This document shows positions 1 through 8,878 of a stretch of 64,000 nt of DNA, one piece after another. The number at the start of each line of letters is the position of its first letter. The stretch's first letter is position 1. The notes below the pieces were generated by a model. The model was not told the origin of the DNA. It did not search any database and was given only the letters and a program-made list of their open reading frames with translations. The position numbers and the translations under genes are program-made. Source of the stretch: Bacteroidales bacterium (GTDB lineage: Bacteria > Bacteroidota > Bacteroidia > Bacteroidales > UBA4417); NCBI GenBank assembly GCA_038249705.1, contig JBBSDC010000001.1:103-64102 (forward strand), in the 5' to 3' direction.

Positions 1-1
1 A

Positions 2-274
2 AAAACGCATCGCATCATCGAGGTTGGCTTTACTACCGACGACGAATCAACAATTTACATGGTAAAGGACAACGGAGCCGGGTTTGACATGGCTTATTAC
101 AACAAGCTCTTTAGCTTGTTTCAACAACTGCACACATTGAAAGAATTCGAAGGCTCGGGTGTAGGATTAGCTCTTGCAAAGCAGATAGTTTTAAAACACA
201 AGGGGCGTATGTGGGCCGAAGGAATAGAGGGCGAAGGAGCTACGTTTTACTTTACATGGCCGGGGAAGAGTTAA
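2..274 (+). CDS. sensor histidine kinase, C-terminal fragment (HATPase_c catalytic domain); 5' end outside the window
   Basis: The frame is open from base 2. The translation ...VKDNGAGFD...GSGVGLALAKQIV...GEGATFYF shows the G1/G2 ATP-lid boxes typical of His-kinase catalytic domains. Confidence 0.85.
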   Translation, partial: KTHRIIEVGFTTDDESTIYMVKDNGAGFDMAYYNKLFSLFQQLHTLKEFEGSGVGLALAKQIVLKHKGRMWAEGIEGEGATFYFTWPGKS

Positions 275-1040
275 AAGTGAATAGTGAATAGACTCACCAT
301 TTAGCAATGGCACAAACAGAAACTAACAAACAAAAAGATCCGATATATAGTTGATATTCAATAGATAGCATTCATGTTAGATGAAAGTAAAAAGCTGTAG
401 CGAAGCGAAAGTTGTATTGAAACGGAAACCAAGCCTAAGCATGGTTGCGCTCTGCGTCATGAATAATGATTAATGCCCTTCGGCACCGCTCAGGTTAGTG
501 AATACTGAATAATTTTGTTTGACAACTGTATGAACGATAAAGGTGAATAACGAAAACTGATATGAAATCTTGCGATTAGCTTTTCTTCTCATTAATGTTC
601 TGCCCCAGGTATCAGGCATGGAAACCATAATTACATCAAAGTTTTCTTTGCCCGAAGGATACTGCCTTCCCGAAAACCAATGTATATCTGGATCAAGCAG
701 AAGTTTTTCCGGGTGCAAAAGCCATTGTCATATTCAAAGCTGAATGCTTTTTACCTTTGGCTTGTTGGGCTGAAAGAACTCTCACACATTTACGACCATT
801 TAGTCCTGCCCAGTCAGCATAAACCCATATATAAATTTCAGGCACTCATCCTATTTGTTTAATAAGTTTAAGTCCTGTAGTTTTTTGCCAAACTCATCAT
901 TAGCAGTGAGTTTCAGAAAATCATTCTCCATGTTCATCACTCTAAGTACATTAAAATAGGCACCTAAAGATCAGGTGGAAGGATTCGTTGGAAGAGAGAT
1001 TGGTTAAATTTATATATAAACCAGTATGGCGTTAAAACAA

Positions 1041-1073
1041 AAAACGCTGTAATATGAAGTATTACAGCGTTTT
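1041..1073 (-). terminator. hairpin with flanking A/T runs downstream of tRNA-Lys (works in either direction)
   Basis: Perfect 14-bp inverted repeat aaaacgctgtaata / tattacagcgtttt with a 5-nt loop. It lies about 15 nt beyond the tRNA 3' end. Confidence 0.5.
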
Positions 1074-1088
1074 GTGTTTTGTTTTGTG

Positions 1089-1161
1089 TGATCCGCTTGG
1101 GATTCGAACCCAAGACCCCATCCTTAAAAGGGATGTGCTCTACCTACTGAGCTAGCGAATC
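1089..1161 (-). tRNA. tRNA-Lys (anticodon UUU)
   Basis: The reverse complement GATTCGCTAGCTCAGTAGGTAGAGCACATCCCTTTTAAGGATGGGGTCTTGGGTTCGAATCCCAAGCGGATCA folds as a full 73-nt cloverleaf. It has a 7-bp acceptor stem with one G-U pair, a GCTC/GAGC D stem, a CATCC/GGATG anticodon stem with loop CTTTTAA, and a TTCGAAT T-loop. No CCA is encoded. Confidence 0.93.
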
Positions 1162-1182
1162 ATTCTTGTTATTTTGAGGGTG

Positions 1183-1190
1183 CAAAGGTA
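1183..1190 (-). promoter_or_regulatory. Bacteroidota -7 box (TACCTTTG on the minus strand) for tRNA-Lys
   Basis: Plus-strand caaaggta is the reverse complement of TAnnTTTG. It sits about 22 nt upstream of the tRNA 5' end. Confidence 0.45.
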
Positions 1191-1379
1191 CAGCTTTCAT
1201 CCAATTCTGCAACTTAATTTGAAAATAAATTTCTTATCCTTGAATTCCAGTTAATTACACCTGAAAGGGTTCACTTAACCCTATATGAGCTTCGGTTTGC
1301 AGGCTAAAAAATGAAGATTATCCAGTGAAATTCATTTCAATTATTTGAACCATTCTGTACTTTCACAATTTAGATTTAA

Positions 1380-2000
1380 TTAATACCGAAGGATTCCCTT
1401 TCCTTCACGAAGAATGGTTACTTCTCCGTTGGTACAATCAAGCACGGTTGATGGGATATTTCCGCCAAAACCTGCATCAATTACCAAATCAACATTATTA
1501 GCAAACTTTTCGTAAATCAGCTCAGGATCAGTTGTATACTCAAGTATTTCATCATCATCATGTACCGATGATGACATAATCGGATTGCCTAACAATCGAA
1601 CAATCTCGAGTGTTATCGAATTGTCTGGTATCCTGATACCTACAGTTTTTCTCTTGCTTTGGATATGTCGCGGCACATTGTTGCTCGCATTTAGAATAAA
1701 TGTGAAAGGCCCGGGAAGATTTGCTTTCATTACTTTAAAAATGCTATTTTCAATAGGCTTGCAGTAATCTGATAATTGACTCAGATCGGAACAAATAAAT
1801 GAAAAAGTCGCTTTCCCTGGTTTTATTCCCCTCAAATCACAAATGCGCTCTACAGTTTTGCTTTTAAAAATATCACATCCAATTCCATAAATCGTATCGG
1901 TAGGATAAACAACTATTCCTCCGTCACGAAGACATTCAACAACTGTACGCATCTGACGTTCATTCGGATTGTCAGGATATAATTTTAAAAGTAATGCCAT
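1380..2000 (-). CDS. tsaC: L-threonylcarbamoyladenylate synthase (YrdC/TsaC family)
   Basis: 206 aa. The N-terminal ...GGIVVYPTDTIYGIGCD... and ...GPFTFIL...RIPD... are hallmark YrdC-domain motifs, and the size fits the single-domain TsaC type. Confidence 0.85.
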   Translation of the reverse strand: MALLLKLYPDNPNERQMRTVVECLRDGGIVVYPTDTIYGIGCDIFKSKTVERICDLRGIKPGKATFSFICSDLSQLSDYCKPIENSIFKVMKANLPGPFTFILNASNNVPRHIQSKRKTVGIRIPDNSITLEIVRLLGNPIMSSSVHDDDEILEYTTDPELIYEKFANNVDLVIDAGFGGNIPSTVLDCTNGEVTILREGKGILRY

Positions 2001-2008
2001 GCGGGTGG

Positions 2009-2665
2009 TTATAAATCCATTTTCTTTGAATCTTCAATAAATTTTGCCATTCCCAGATCAGTCAAAGGATGGTATAGCAATCCCAGAATTGATGATAAAG
2101 GACTTGTAATTACATCTGCACCAAGCTCAGCACATTTCACAATATGATTTACATTACGGATTGAAGCAGCCAAAACCTGTGTTTCGTATCCGTGATAGCT
2201 ATAAATATTTACTATTTGTTCGATCAACTGAAGGCCATCAACACTTGTATCATCAATCCGGCCAATAAATGGTGAAACATAGGTTGCACCTGCCTTTGCA
2301 GCCAGTATCGCCTGTCCGGACGAAAAGACCAGTGTGCAGTTTGTAGAAATTCCCTGATCTGATAAATATCTGATGGCTTTTATTCCATCTTTTATCATTG
2401 GTATTTTTACAACAATATTTTCGTGTAAATCAGCCAGTTCAAGAGCTTCTTTTATCATGCCTTCGTAGTCGGTTGATAAAACTTCTGCGCTAACAGGTCC
2501 ATCAACTATTTCGCAGATATCAACATAACGTTTTAAAATACTGTCGCGACCTTTGATGCCCTCTTTTGCCATGAGCGATGGGTTGGTTGTAACACCGTCC
2601 AGAATTCCTAATTCATTGGCTTCGCGGATCTGATCGAGATTTGCTGTGTCTATAAAAAACTGCAT
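2009..2665 (-). CDS. fsa: fructose-6-phosphate aldolase / short (type 3B) transaldolase
   Basis: 218 aa starting MQFFIDTANLDQIREANELGILDGVTTNPSL..., with the VKIP Schiff-base lysine region. This is the canonical short transaldolase/FSA family. Confidence 0.88.
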   Translation of the reverse strand: MQFFIDTANLDQIREANELGILDGVTTNPSLMAKEGIKGRDSILKRYVDICEIVDGPVSAEVLSTDYEGMIKEALELADLHENIVVKIPMIKDGIKAIRYLSDQGISTNCTLVFSSGQAILAAKAGATYVSPFIGRIDDTSVDGLQLIEQIVNIYSYHGYETQVLAASIRNVNHIVKCAELGADVITSPLSSILGLLYHPLTDLGMAKFIEDSKKMDL

Positions 2666-2869
2666 GAAAGTAAGTATTAGCGTTAATATAACTTTTTCGC
2701 AAAGTTAGAATCTTTTAACGAGAGTGAAGGTTTTTTGACTATGATTAATTTGGGAATAACCTGGCATTGAAATCAAAATAGTTATAAATTGTAAGTGTAA
2801 ATTATCGTATAGTTTTAATAAACAGAATATTACATCGAAAATATATGATAATTAAAGTGCATAAAAAAA

Positions 2870-2965
2870 GGGTAAGCTACTTATATCGCACCGCTCAACT
2901 ATTTACCCTTGCTACATTCCTGTCCTGGGGGAGTTCAATAGGAGCTGGTCGTATAAGACTTACCC
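2870..2965 (-). ncRNA. ffs: signal recognition particle RNA, small (4.5S-type)
   Basis: The minus strand forms one long hairpin (GGGTAAG...CTTACCC ends). Its apex, CAGG-ACA-GGAA-UGU-AGCA-AGG, matches the domain IV pattern seen in E. coli 4.5S (CAGGUCC GGAA GGA AGCA GCC). A TACTTTTG box lies 6 nt upstream and a U-run directly downstream. Confidence 0.8.
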
Positions 2966-2970
2966 GAATG

Positions 2971-2978
2971 CAAAAGTA
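2971..2978 (-). promoter_or_regulatory. -7 box (TACTTTTG on the minus strand) for SRP RNA
   Basis: Plus-strand caaaagta sits immediately upstream (minus sense) of the SRP RNA 5' helix. Confidence 0.5.
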
Positions 2979-3038
2979 CAACTTTTTATGATTTAAAAAA
3001 CATCTGGCAGATTTTTAGAGGTTTTTAATCAAGTTTCT

Positions 3039-3046
3039 TACCTTTG
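3039..3046 (+). promoter_or_regulatory. -7 box TACCTTTG upstream of the DUF4199/GT operon
   Basis: Exact TAnnTTTG match 34 nt upstream of the ATG at 3080. Confidence 0.45.
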
Positions 3047-3079
3047 CACTAAACCAAAACCAATTAAACCTAAAACGTT

Positions 3080-3622
3080 ATGGAAACCAATTCACGCACT
3101 GTTTTCAATAATTCATTGATTTATGGCTTAATAACGGCCGCAATTTCTATTGTGTTTGCTGTATTTGCCTATATTTTGGATATTCCTCAGCAAAGCCCGA
3201 TCATGTATTTTAGTTTTGTAATACTTCTGGCAGGTATGATTTATGGCACTGTTCAATATAGGAATAAGTATTCTGGTGGCTACATTTCATTCGGCAAAGC
3301 TTTTATATCAGGATTTCTGATTGTAATAATTGCAGCCGTAATTTCATCTATTTATTCCTATATTTTCCTCACTTTTATTGATCCGTCCTATCTTGACAAA
3401 ATAGTTGAACAAGCCATGGAGAAAGCTGAAAAAAGTATGATGGATAAGGGGTTAACAGATGAACAGATGGAACCAGGTCTTGCCATGACACGAAAATTTT
3501 TGAGCCCTGGAATTATGAGCTTTTTTGTTGTAATCTATTCAGCTTTAATCGGCGCTATTTTTGCTCTCATATCAGCTGCAATAATCAAAAAAGAAGATAA
3601 GTCGTTAAAAGGGCAGTTTTAA
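3080..3622 (+). CDS. DUF4199-like small multi-pass membrane protein
   Basis: 180 aa with about 4 hydrophobic helices and a central amphipathic segment. Size, topology and position just upstream of a GT2 gene match the Bacteroidota DUF4199 family as I recall it. Confidence 0.6.
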   Translation: METNSRTVFNNSLIYGLITAAISIVFAVFAYILDIPQQSPIMYFSFVILLAGMIYGTVQYRNKYSGGYISFGKAFISGFLIVIIAAVISSIYSYIFLTFIDPSYLDKIVEQAMEKAEKSMMDKGLTDEQMEPGLAMTRKFLSPGIMSFFVVIYSALIGAIFALISAAIIKKEDKSLKGQF

Positions 3623-3635
3623 TAAATCTGAATAA

Positions 3636-4574
3636 ATGGATATTTCTGTAATAGTGCCATTACTTAACGAAGAAGAATCACTTCCGGAACTTTGCCAATG
3701 GATTGGTGCAGTGATGTTAGAGAATAATTATTCGTACGAAATTTTACTGATTGACGACGGAAGTTCGGATAATTCGTGGAATATTATTCAACAACTTCAT
3801 CAAAATGACAACAGAATAAAAGGAATTAAATTTCGGAGAAATTACGGAAAATCTGCTGCGCTTAACACTGGTTTTAAGACTGTTGCAGGCGATGTAGTTA
3901 TTACTATGGATGCCGATTTGCAGGATAGTCCCGATGAAATTCCTGGTTTATTTAAAATGATCAAAGAAGATGGATTTGACCTTGTTTCCGGTTGGAAAAA
4001 AGTACGTCATGATCCTTCGCTCACGAAAAATATACCCTCAAAGTTCTATAATTCGATGACCAGCCGCATGTCGGGTGTTAAACTGCACGATCATAACTGC
4101 GGATTGAAAGCCTATAAAAAAGATGTGGTAAAAAGCATTGAAGTGTATGGCGAAATGCACCGCTACATCCCTGTAATTGCCAAATGGAATGGCTTTAAAA
4201 AAATAGGGGAGAAGGTAGTAGAACACCGAAAACGTAAATTTGGAGTTACCAAATTTGGTGTTAACCGATTTGTAAACGGTCCTCTCGATTTGATTTCGAT
4301 CATGTTTGTTTCCAAATTTGGTAAAAAACCTATGCACTTGTTCGGAATGCTCGGAATGTTTCTTTTCATAATCGGCTTTGCAATTGCGGGGATCCTGGCT
4401 TATGCCAAATTCTTTCTGGCCGAATATCGTATGACCGATCGTCCTCTCTTCTATTTTGGTTTACTCAGCATGGTTCTAGGTACACAGTTATTTCTTACAG
4501 GTTTTCTGGCCGAAATGGTTGCACGGAATTCTCCCGAACGAAATCAATATTTAATAGAAAAGGAGATTTTTTAA
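3636..4574 (+). CDS. family 2 glycosyltransferase, polyprenyl-phosphate glycosyltransferase type (GtrB/ArnC-like)
   Basis: 312 aa. ISVIVPLLNEE...LIDDGSSD...TMDADLQD are GT-A / DxD motifs, followed by two C-terminal TM helices as in the GtrB/DPM1-like enzymes. Confidence 0.85.
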   Translation: MDISVIVPLLNEEESLPELCQWIGAVMLENNYSYEILLIDDGSSDNSWNIIQQLHQNDNRIKGIKFRRNYGKSAALNTGFKTVAGDVVITMDADLQDSPDEIPGLFKMIKEDGFDLVSGWKKVRHDPSLTKNIPSKFYNSMTSRMSGVKLHDHNCGLKAYKKDVVKSIEVYGEMHRYIPVIAKWNGFKKIGEKVVEHRKRKFGVTKFGVNRFVNGPLDLISIMFVSKFGKKPMHLFGMLGMFLFIIGFAIAGILAYAKFFLAEYRMTDRPLFYFGLLSMVLGTQLFLTGFLAEMVARNSPERNQYLIEKEIF

Positions 4575-4605
4575 TCATCTTTGAGTATAACTGAAAGCTG
4601 CCGGA

Positions 4606-5745
4606 ATGGGAAAACGAAAAGTCATCATCATCGGAACTGCCTACCCGTTCAGAGGCGGTGGCATGTCGACCTACAACGAAAGACTTGCGCTTGCATATCA
4701 ACAGCGTGGCGATGATGTTACCATTTTTACATTCAGCCTTCAGTATCCGGGATTCCTTTTTCCGGGTAAAACGCAATATTCCACTGATGAGCCTCCAGCA
4801 GGTCTTGATATTAAAGTAGCAGTCAATTCAATTAATCCATTTAATTGGCTTAGTGTTGGTTCCGAAATAAAGAATCTCAAAGCTGACCTTATTATTATAC
4901 GCTATTGGATGCCTTTTATGGCTCCATGCCTTGGAACCCTTGCAAGGATTATCAGGCGGAATAAGGTAAGTAAAGTCATAGCAATTACCGATAATATTAT
5001 TCCTCATGAAAGTATGCCGGGAAGCAATTTGCTTTCGCGTTATTTCGTTAATAGTTGCGATGGATTTGTTACAATGTCGCGCGCAGTATTAAGCGATCTG
5101 GATAAATTTGATAAAGTGAAACCACGAGTATTTTCTCCTCATCCTTTGTATGACAATTTTGGCGCTTCGGTTTCTAAAAATCAGGCTAAAAAAGCTATAG
5201 GTCTTGATGAGGATATAAACTACATTCTATTTTTTGGTTTTATCCGCGAATATAAAGGGCTCGATTTATTAATAAAAGCTTTTGCTGATGAACGATTCCG
5301 GCAATTACCTGTAAATCTACTTATTGCCGGTGAATTTTATATTGATGCCAAACCTTATCTTGAACTGATTGAAAAACTTAATTTGAAAGAGCAAATTGTT
5401 CTCCGTACGGAGTTTATTGAAAACAGTGATATTGTAAATTATTTCTGTGCTTCGGATATTATTGCTCAGCCATACAAAGATGCTACACAAAGCGGAGTAA
5501 CACAGATTGCTTACCATTTTGAGAAACCTATGCTTACTACAAATGTCGGTGGATTATCCGAAATGGTTCCTGATGGCATGGTAGGTTATGTGGTGAACCC
5601 GGTAGTGAATGAAATAAGTGATGCTTTGCTGCGTTTTTTTAATGAAAACAAAGAAAAAGAATTCTCAGCCAATGCAGCCATCGAAAAAAAACGATTTAGC
5701 TGGGAACTCCTCCTTAACCGGATCGATTCAATACTTGAACAATGA
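4606..5745 (+). CDS. family 4 (GT-B fold) glycosyltransferase
   Basis: 379 aa. The C-terminal half (...FGFIREYKGLDLLI...QSGV...E..) has the GT-B retaining-transferase E-x7-E-like region. Confidence 0.75.
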   Translation: MGKRKVIIIGTAYPFRGGGMSTYNERLALAYQQRGDDVTIFTFSLQYPGFLFPGKTQYSTDEPPAGLDIKVAVNSINPFNWLSVGSEIKNLKADLIIIRYWMPFMAPCLGTLARIIRRNKVSKVIAITDNIIPHESMPGSNLLSRYFVNSCDGFVTMSRAVLSDLDKFDKVKPRVFSPHPLYDNFGASVSKNQAKKAIGLDEDINYILFFGFIREYKGLDLLIKAFADERFRQLPVNLLIAGEFYIDAKPYLELIEKLNLKEQIVLRTEFIENSDIVNYFCASDIIAQPYKDATQSGVTQIAYHFEKPMLTTNVGGLSEMVPDGMVGYVVNPVVNEISDALLRFFNENKEKEFSANAAIEKKRFSWELLLNRIDSILEQ

Positions 5746-5900
5746 AAGCGTATAGATATTAATGAAAAAAGTATTCGTTACTTATTTCAGGTTTATCTGA
5801 CAATTTGAAATCCTTGAATAATAATTGAGCAGTAACCATTTGCAAGAGAATGAATTAACACAAAATCATTTTCAGTTTAACTAATAATACTTGTAACACC

Positions 5901-6920
5901 ATGCTAATCAGAAGTAAAGCCCCCTTACGCTTAGGTCTTGCCGGCGGTGGTACCGATGTATCGCCTTACTCTGATTTATATGGTGGTGGAATTTTAAATG
6001 CTACCATCAATCTATATGCTTATGCCACTATTGTGCCGGCTAATGATGGAAAAATCATTTTCGAAACTGCTGATGGTAGTCTTGTAAAAGAATTTCCAGT
6101 AAATCCGGAAATCAAACCAGAAGGAATTTTCGATATCCATGCAGGTATTTACAATAGAATAGCTAAATTATTTCCGGATAAGAAATTGTCGTTCAAACTA
6201 ATTACATCCATTGATGCACCTCAGCAATCCGGACTTGGAACCTCATCAACTCTTGCAGTAGCCATACTTGGAGCTTTTGTTGAATGGCTCAAACTTCCTT
6301 TAGGCGAATATGATATTGCACAAATGGCTTATGAAATTGAGCGTTCCGATCTGGGTATGGCAGGAGGGAAGCAGGACCAGTATTCGGCCACTTTCGGGGG
6401 CATAAATTTCATGGAGTTCTATAAAGATAAAGTCATTGTAAATCCATTAAGGATCAAAGATTCGTACTTAGATGAACTTGCTCATAACCTTGTACTTTAT
6501 TATACTGATACCAGCCGTTTATCATCACAAATTATACAAAAGCAACAGCAAAATGTTTTAAATGAAGACAAAGCTGCTATCGAAGCCATGCACCAATTAA
6601 AAAATCAAGCTGTAATGATGAAAGAAGCTTTGCTTCGTGGAAATCTTGATGAAATTGGAAAAATACTGGATTTCGGTTGGCAGTTTAAAAAACAAATGGC
6701 TTCGGGAATTACCAATAACAGTATTGATAAAATATACGCAACAGCAATACTTAATGGTGCTACAGGCGGTAAAATATCAGGAGCCGGTGGCGGCGGTTAC
6801 ATGTTTTTTTACTGTCCGGGAAACACGCGGTTTCGGGTTATTGAATCGTTAAAGCAATTTGGAGGCTATACCGAACGTTATGAATTTACAACAGAAGGAC
6901 TGGTTTCATGGACATTATGA
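5901..6920 (+). CDS. hddA: GHMP-family sugar kinase, D-glycero-alpha-D-manno-heptose 7-phosphate kinase type
   Basis: 339 aa. RAPLRLGLAGGGTD N-terminus, the PxGSGLGSSS-like motif (QQSGLGTSSTLAVA) and a C-terminal GAGGGG motif. It is followed directly by gmhA, hddC and gmhB. Confidence 0.75.
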   Translation: MLIRSKAPLRLGLAGGGTDVSPYSDLYGGGILNATINLYAYATIVPANDGKIIFETADGSLVKEFPVNPEIKPEGIFDIHAGIYNRIAKLFPDKKLSFKLITSIDAPQQSGLGTSSTLAVAILGAFVEWLKLPLGEYDIAQMAYEIERSDLGMAGGKQDQYSATFGGINFMEFYKDKVIVNPLRIKDSYLDELAHNLVLYYTDTSRLSSQIIQKQQQNVLNEDKAAIEAMHQLKNQAVMMKEALLRGNLDEIGKILDFGWQFKKQMASGITNNSIDKIYATAILNGATGGKISGAGGGGYMFFYCPGNTRFRVIESLKQFGGYTERYEFTTEGLVSWTL

Positions 6921-6962
6921 AATCAGAGTTCTCATTCAATTTAACAATTAAAAATTATACCT

Positions 6963-7541
6963 ATGGAATCGAGAATCAGATCCATCATACAATCGTCTAT
7001 TGATCTTAAAAACAAGGTTTTAAATGACCCTGACCTTGTAAAAACAATTAATGAAATTGTTGATCAGATAATTAAATGCTACGAAAACGGCGGCAAAGTT
7101 TTATTTTGCGGTAACGGCGGAAGTGCTGCCGATGCTCAACATATGGCTGCTGAACTTTCGGGCAGGTTTTATTTCGACAGATATCCTCTGTTTGCTGAAG
7201 CACTGCATGTTAACTCTTCATATATCACCGCTGTAGCAAATGATTACGGCTACGAAGAAGTGTATGCGCGGCTGGTTATGGCCATGGGGCGGAAAAATGA
7301 TGTTCTGATCGGTTTATCAACTTCAGGAAATTCAATGAATATCGTTAAGGCATTTAAAGAAGCTAATGCGCTGGGAATGATTACGGTAGGATTAACCGGT
7401 CAAACTGGCGGAGAGTTAAAGGAAAAATGCAATTTTTTACTCAATATCCCTTCGATTGATACACCACGCATCCAGGAAGTACACGGTATGCTCGGGCATA
7501 TTATTTGCGAACTCGTTGAGGAAAAGCTGTTTAAAAATTAA
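6963..7541 (+). CDS. gmhA: D-sedoheptulose 7-phosphate isomerase (SIS domain)
   Basis: 192 aa. ...GGKVLFCGNGGSAADAQHMAAEL...GLSTSGNS...EVH... are canonical GmhA motifs. Confidence 0.9.
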   Translation: MESRIRSIIQSSIDLKNKVLNDPDLVKTINEIVDQIIKCYENGGKVLFCGNGGSAADAQHMAAELSGRFYFDRYPLFAEALHVNSSYITAVANDYGYEEVYARLVMAMGRKNDVLIGLSTSGNSMNIVKAFKEANALGMITVGLTGQTGGELKEKCNFLLNIPSIDTPRIQEVHGMLGHIICELVEEKLFKN

Positions 7542-7548
7542 TTAACGG

Positions 7549-8262
7549 ATGCTGACCAACGAGGCAATTGTGCTTGCAGGCGGATTAGGAACCAGGCTAC
7601 AACATGTATTGCCTGATATCCCGAAATGTATGGCTCCAGTTAATGGAAAGCCATTTTTAACCTATGTGCTTGATGCTCTCGAAAAACAAAATTTAGATAA
7701 AGTCATTCTTTCGGTTGGTTATCGTAAAGATCATATAATCAACTATTTCGGTAGCAATTACCGGTCGTTGAAAATCATTTATTCGATTGAAAATGAACCT
7801 TTAGGAACCGGTGGTGCAATTAAATCCGCTTTACGGTATTGCGATAACAAGCACATTTTTATTTTAAACGGCGATACTTATTTTAAACCCGAACTCGATG
7901 CTATGTCGGATCTGCACAAAAAGTCCGCAGCTGATATAACTATAGCTGTAAAGTACCTTGCTGATACTGAACGCTATGGATTGGTTGTTGCCGATCAGCA
8001 TGGAAAAATAGTTGAATTCAGAGAAAAAGATAAACTTACCGGAAACGGTTGGATTAATGGAGGAATATATCTGGTTAGGACAGCCGTTTTTGACAATTTT
8101 CAACAACAGAAATTTTCAATAGAAAATGATGGTTTTAAAGTGTCGTGCGATAAGTTACACCTTCAGGCTTTTCAAACTGATGCCTTTTTTCTGGATATTG
8201 GAATCCCTGAGGATTATAAAAGAGCGCACACACTTTTAACTGCACTAACGGCGGATGAATAA
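7549..8262 (+). CDS. hddC: sugar-1-phosphate nucleotidyltransferase, D-glycero-alpha-D-manno-heptose 1-phosphate guanylyltransferase type
   Basis: 237 aa with N-terminal LAGGLGTRL nucleotidyltransferase signature. The size and the hddA/gmhA/gmhB context fit HddC. Confidence 0.7.
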   Translation: MLTNEAIVLAGGLGTRLQHVLPDIPKCMAPVNGKPFLTYVLDALEKQNLDKVILSVGYRKDHIINYFGSNYRSLKIIYSIENEPLGTGGAIKSALRYCDNKHIFILNGDTYFKPELDAMSDLHKKSAADITIAVKYLADTERYGLVVADQHGKIVEFREKDKLTGNGWINGGIYLVRTAVFDNFQQQKFSIENDGFKVSCDKLHLQAFQTDAFFLDIGIPEDYKRAHTLLTALTADE

Positions 8263-8821
8263 TAAACTAACTGAGCTGCAGGGCTGGGCTTTATTTATCG
8301 ACCGTGATGGCGTTATTAATGAGCGCATTACGGATGATTATGTAAAACAACCTGACGAATTTCATTTAATTCATGGTGTACTTGATGCTTTCGCTAAATT
8401 TGCTGCCATTTTCAATCCTGTAATTGTTGTTACCAACCAGCAAGGTATTGGCAGAGGCTTAATGAGTATATCCCAATTAAACACTGTACATGATAAAATG
8501 CTACAGGAAATTGTTTCGGCTGGGGGCAAAATTGATGCAGTTTTTTTTAGTCCTGATTTGAAAAATACCCGGAGTTTTACCCGAAAACCTGCCATAGGAA
8601 TGGGATTAAAAGCACGGAAACAATTTCCATCCATCAGATTTAAAAAAAGTGTTATGATAGGCGATTCGTATAGTGACATTTTATTTGGATACCGACTCGG
8701 AATGGTAACAGTGCTAATCGGAACCGATAAAGACGTTACCCTTAAATGTGCCGGAATTTTGGATTACTCTTTTCCTGATCTGATTTCCTTCGCCGGATTT
8801 ATTGAAAATATATCTCAATAA
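8255..8821 (+). CDS. gmhB: D,D-heptose 1,7-bisphosphate phosphatase (HAD-IIIA)
   Basis: 188 aa with the FIDRDGVIN (DxDxT-type) nucleophile motif, TNQ and GDS..D motifs. The start overlaps the hddC stop (ATGA-type coupling). Confidence 0.85.
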   Translation: MNNKLTELQGWALFIDRDGVINERITDDYVKQPDEFHLIHGVLDAFAKFAAIFNPVIVVTNQQGIGRGLMSISQLNTVHDKMLQEIVSAGGKIDAVFFSPDLKNTRSFTRKPAIGMGLKARKQFPSIRFKKSVMIGDSYSDILFGYRLGMVTVLIGTDKDVTLKCAGILDYSFPDLISFAGFIENISQ

Positions 8822-8878
8822 CAGCTTCTTTAAAACTATGTAAATAAATGTTTAACAAACACATACACTAAATTCACA

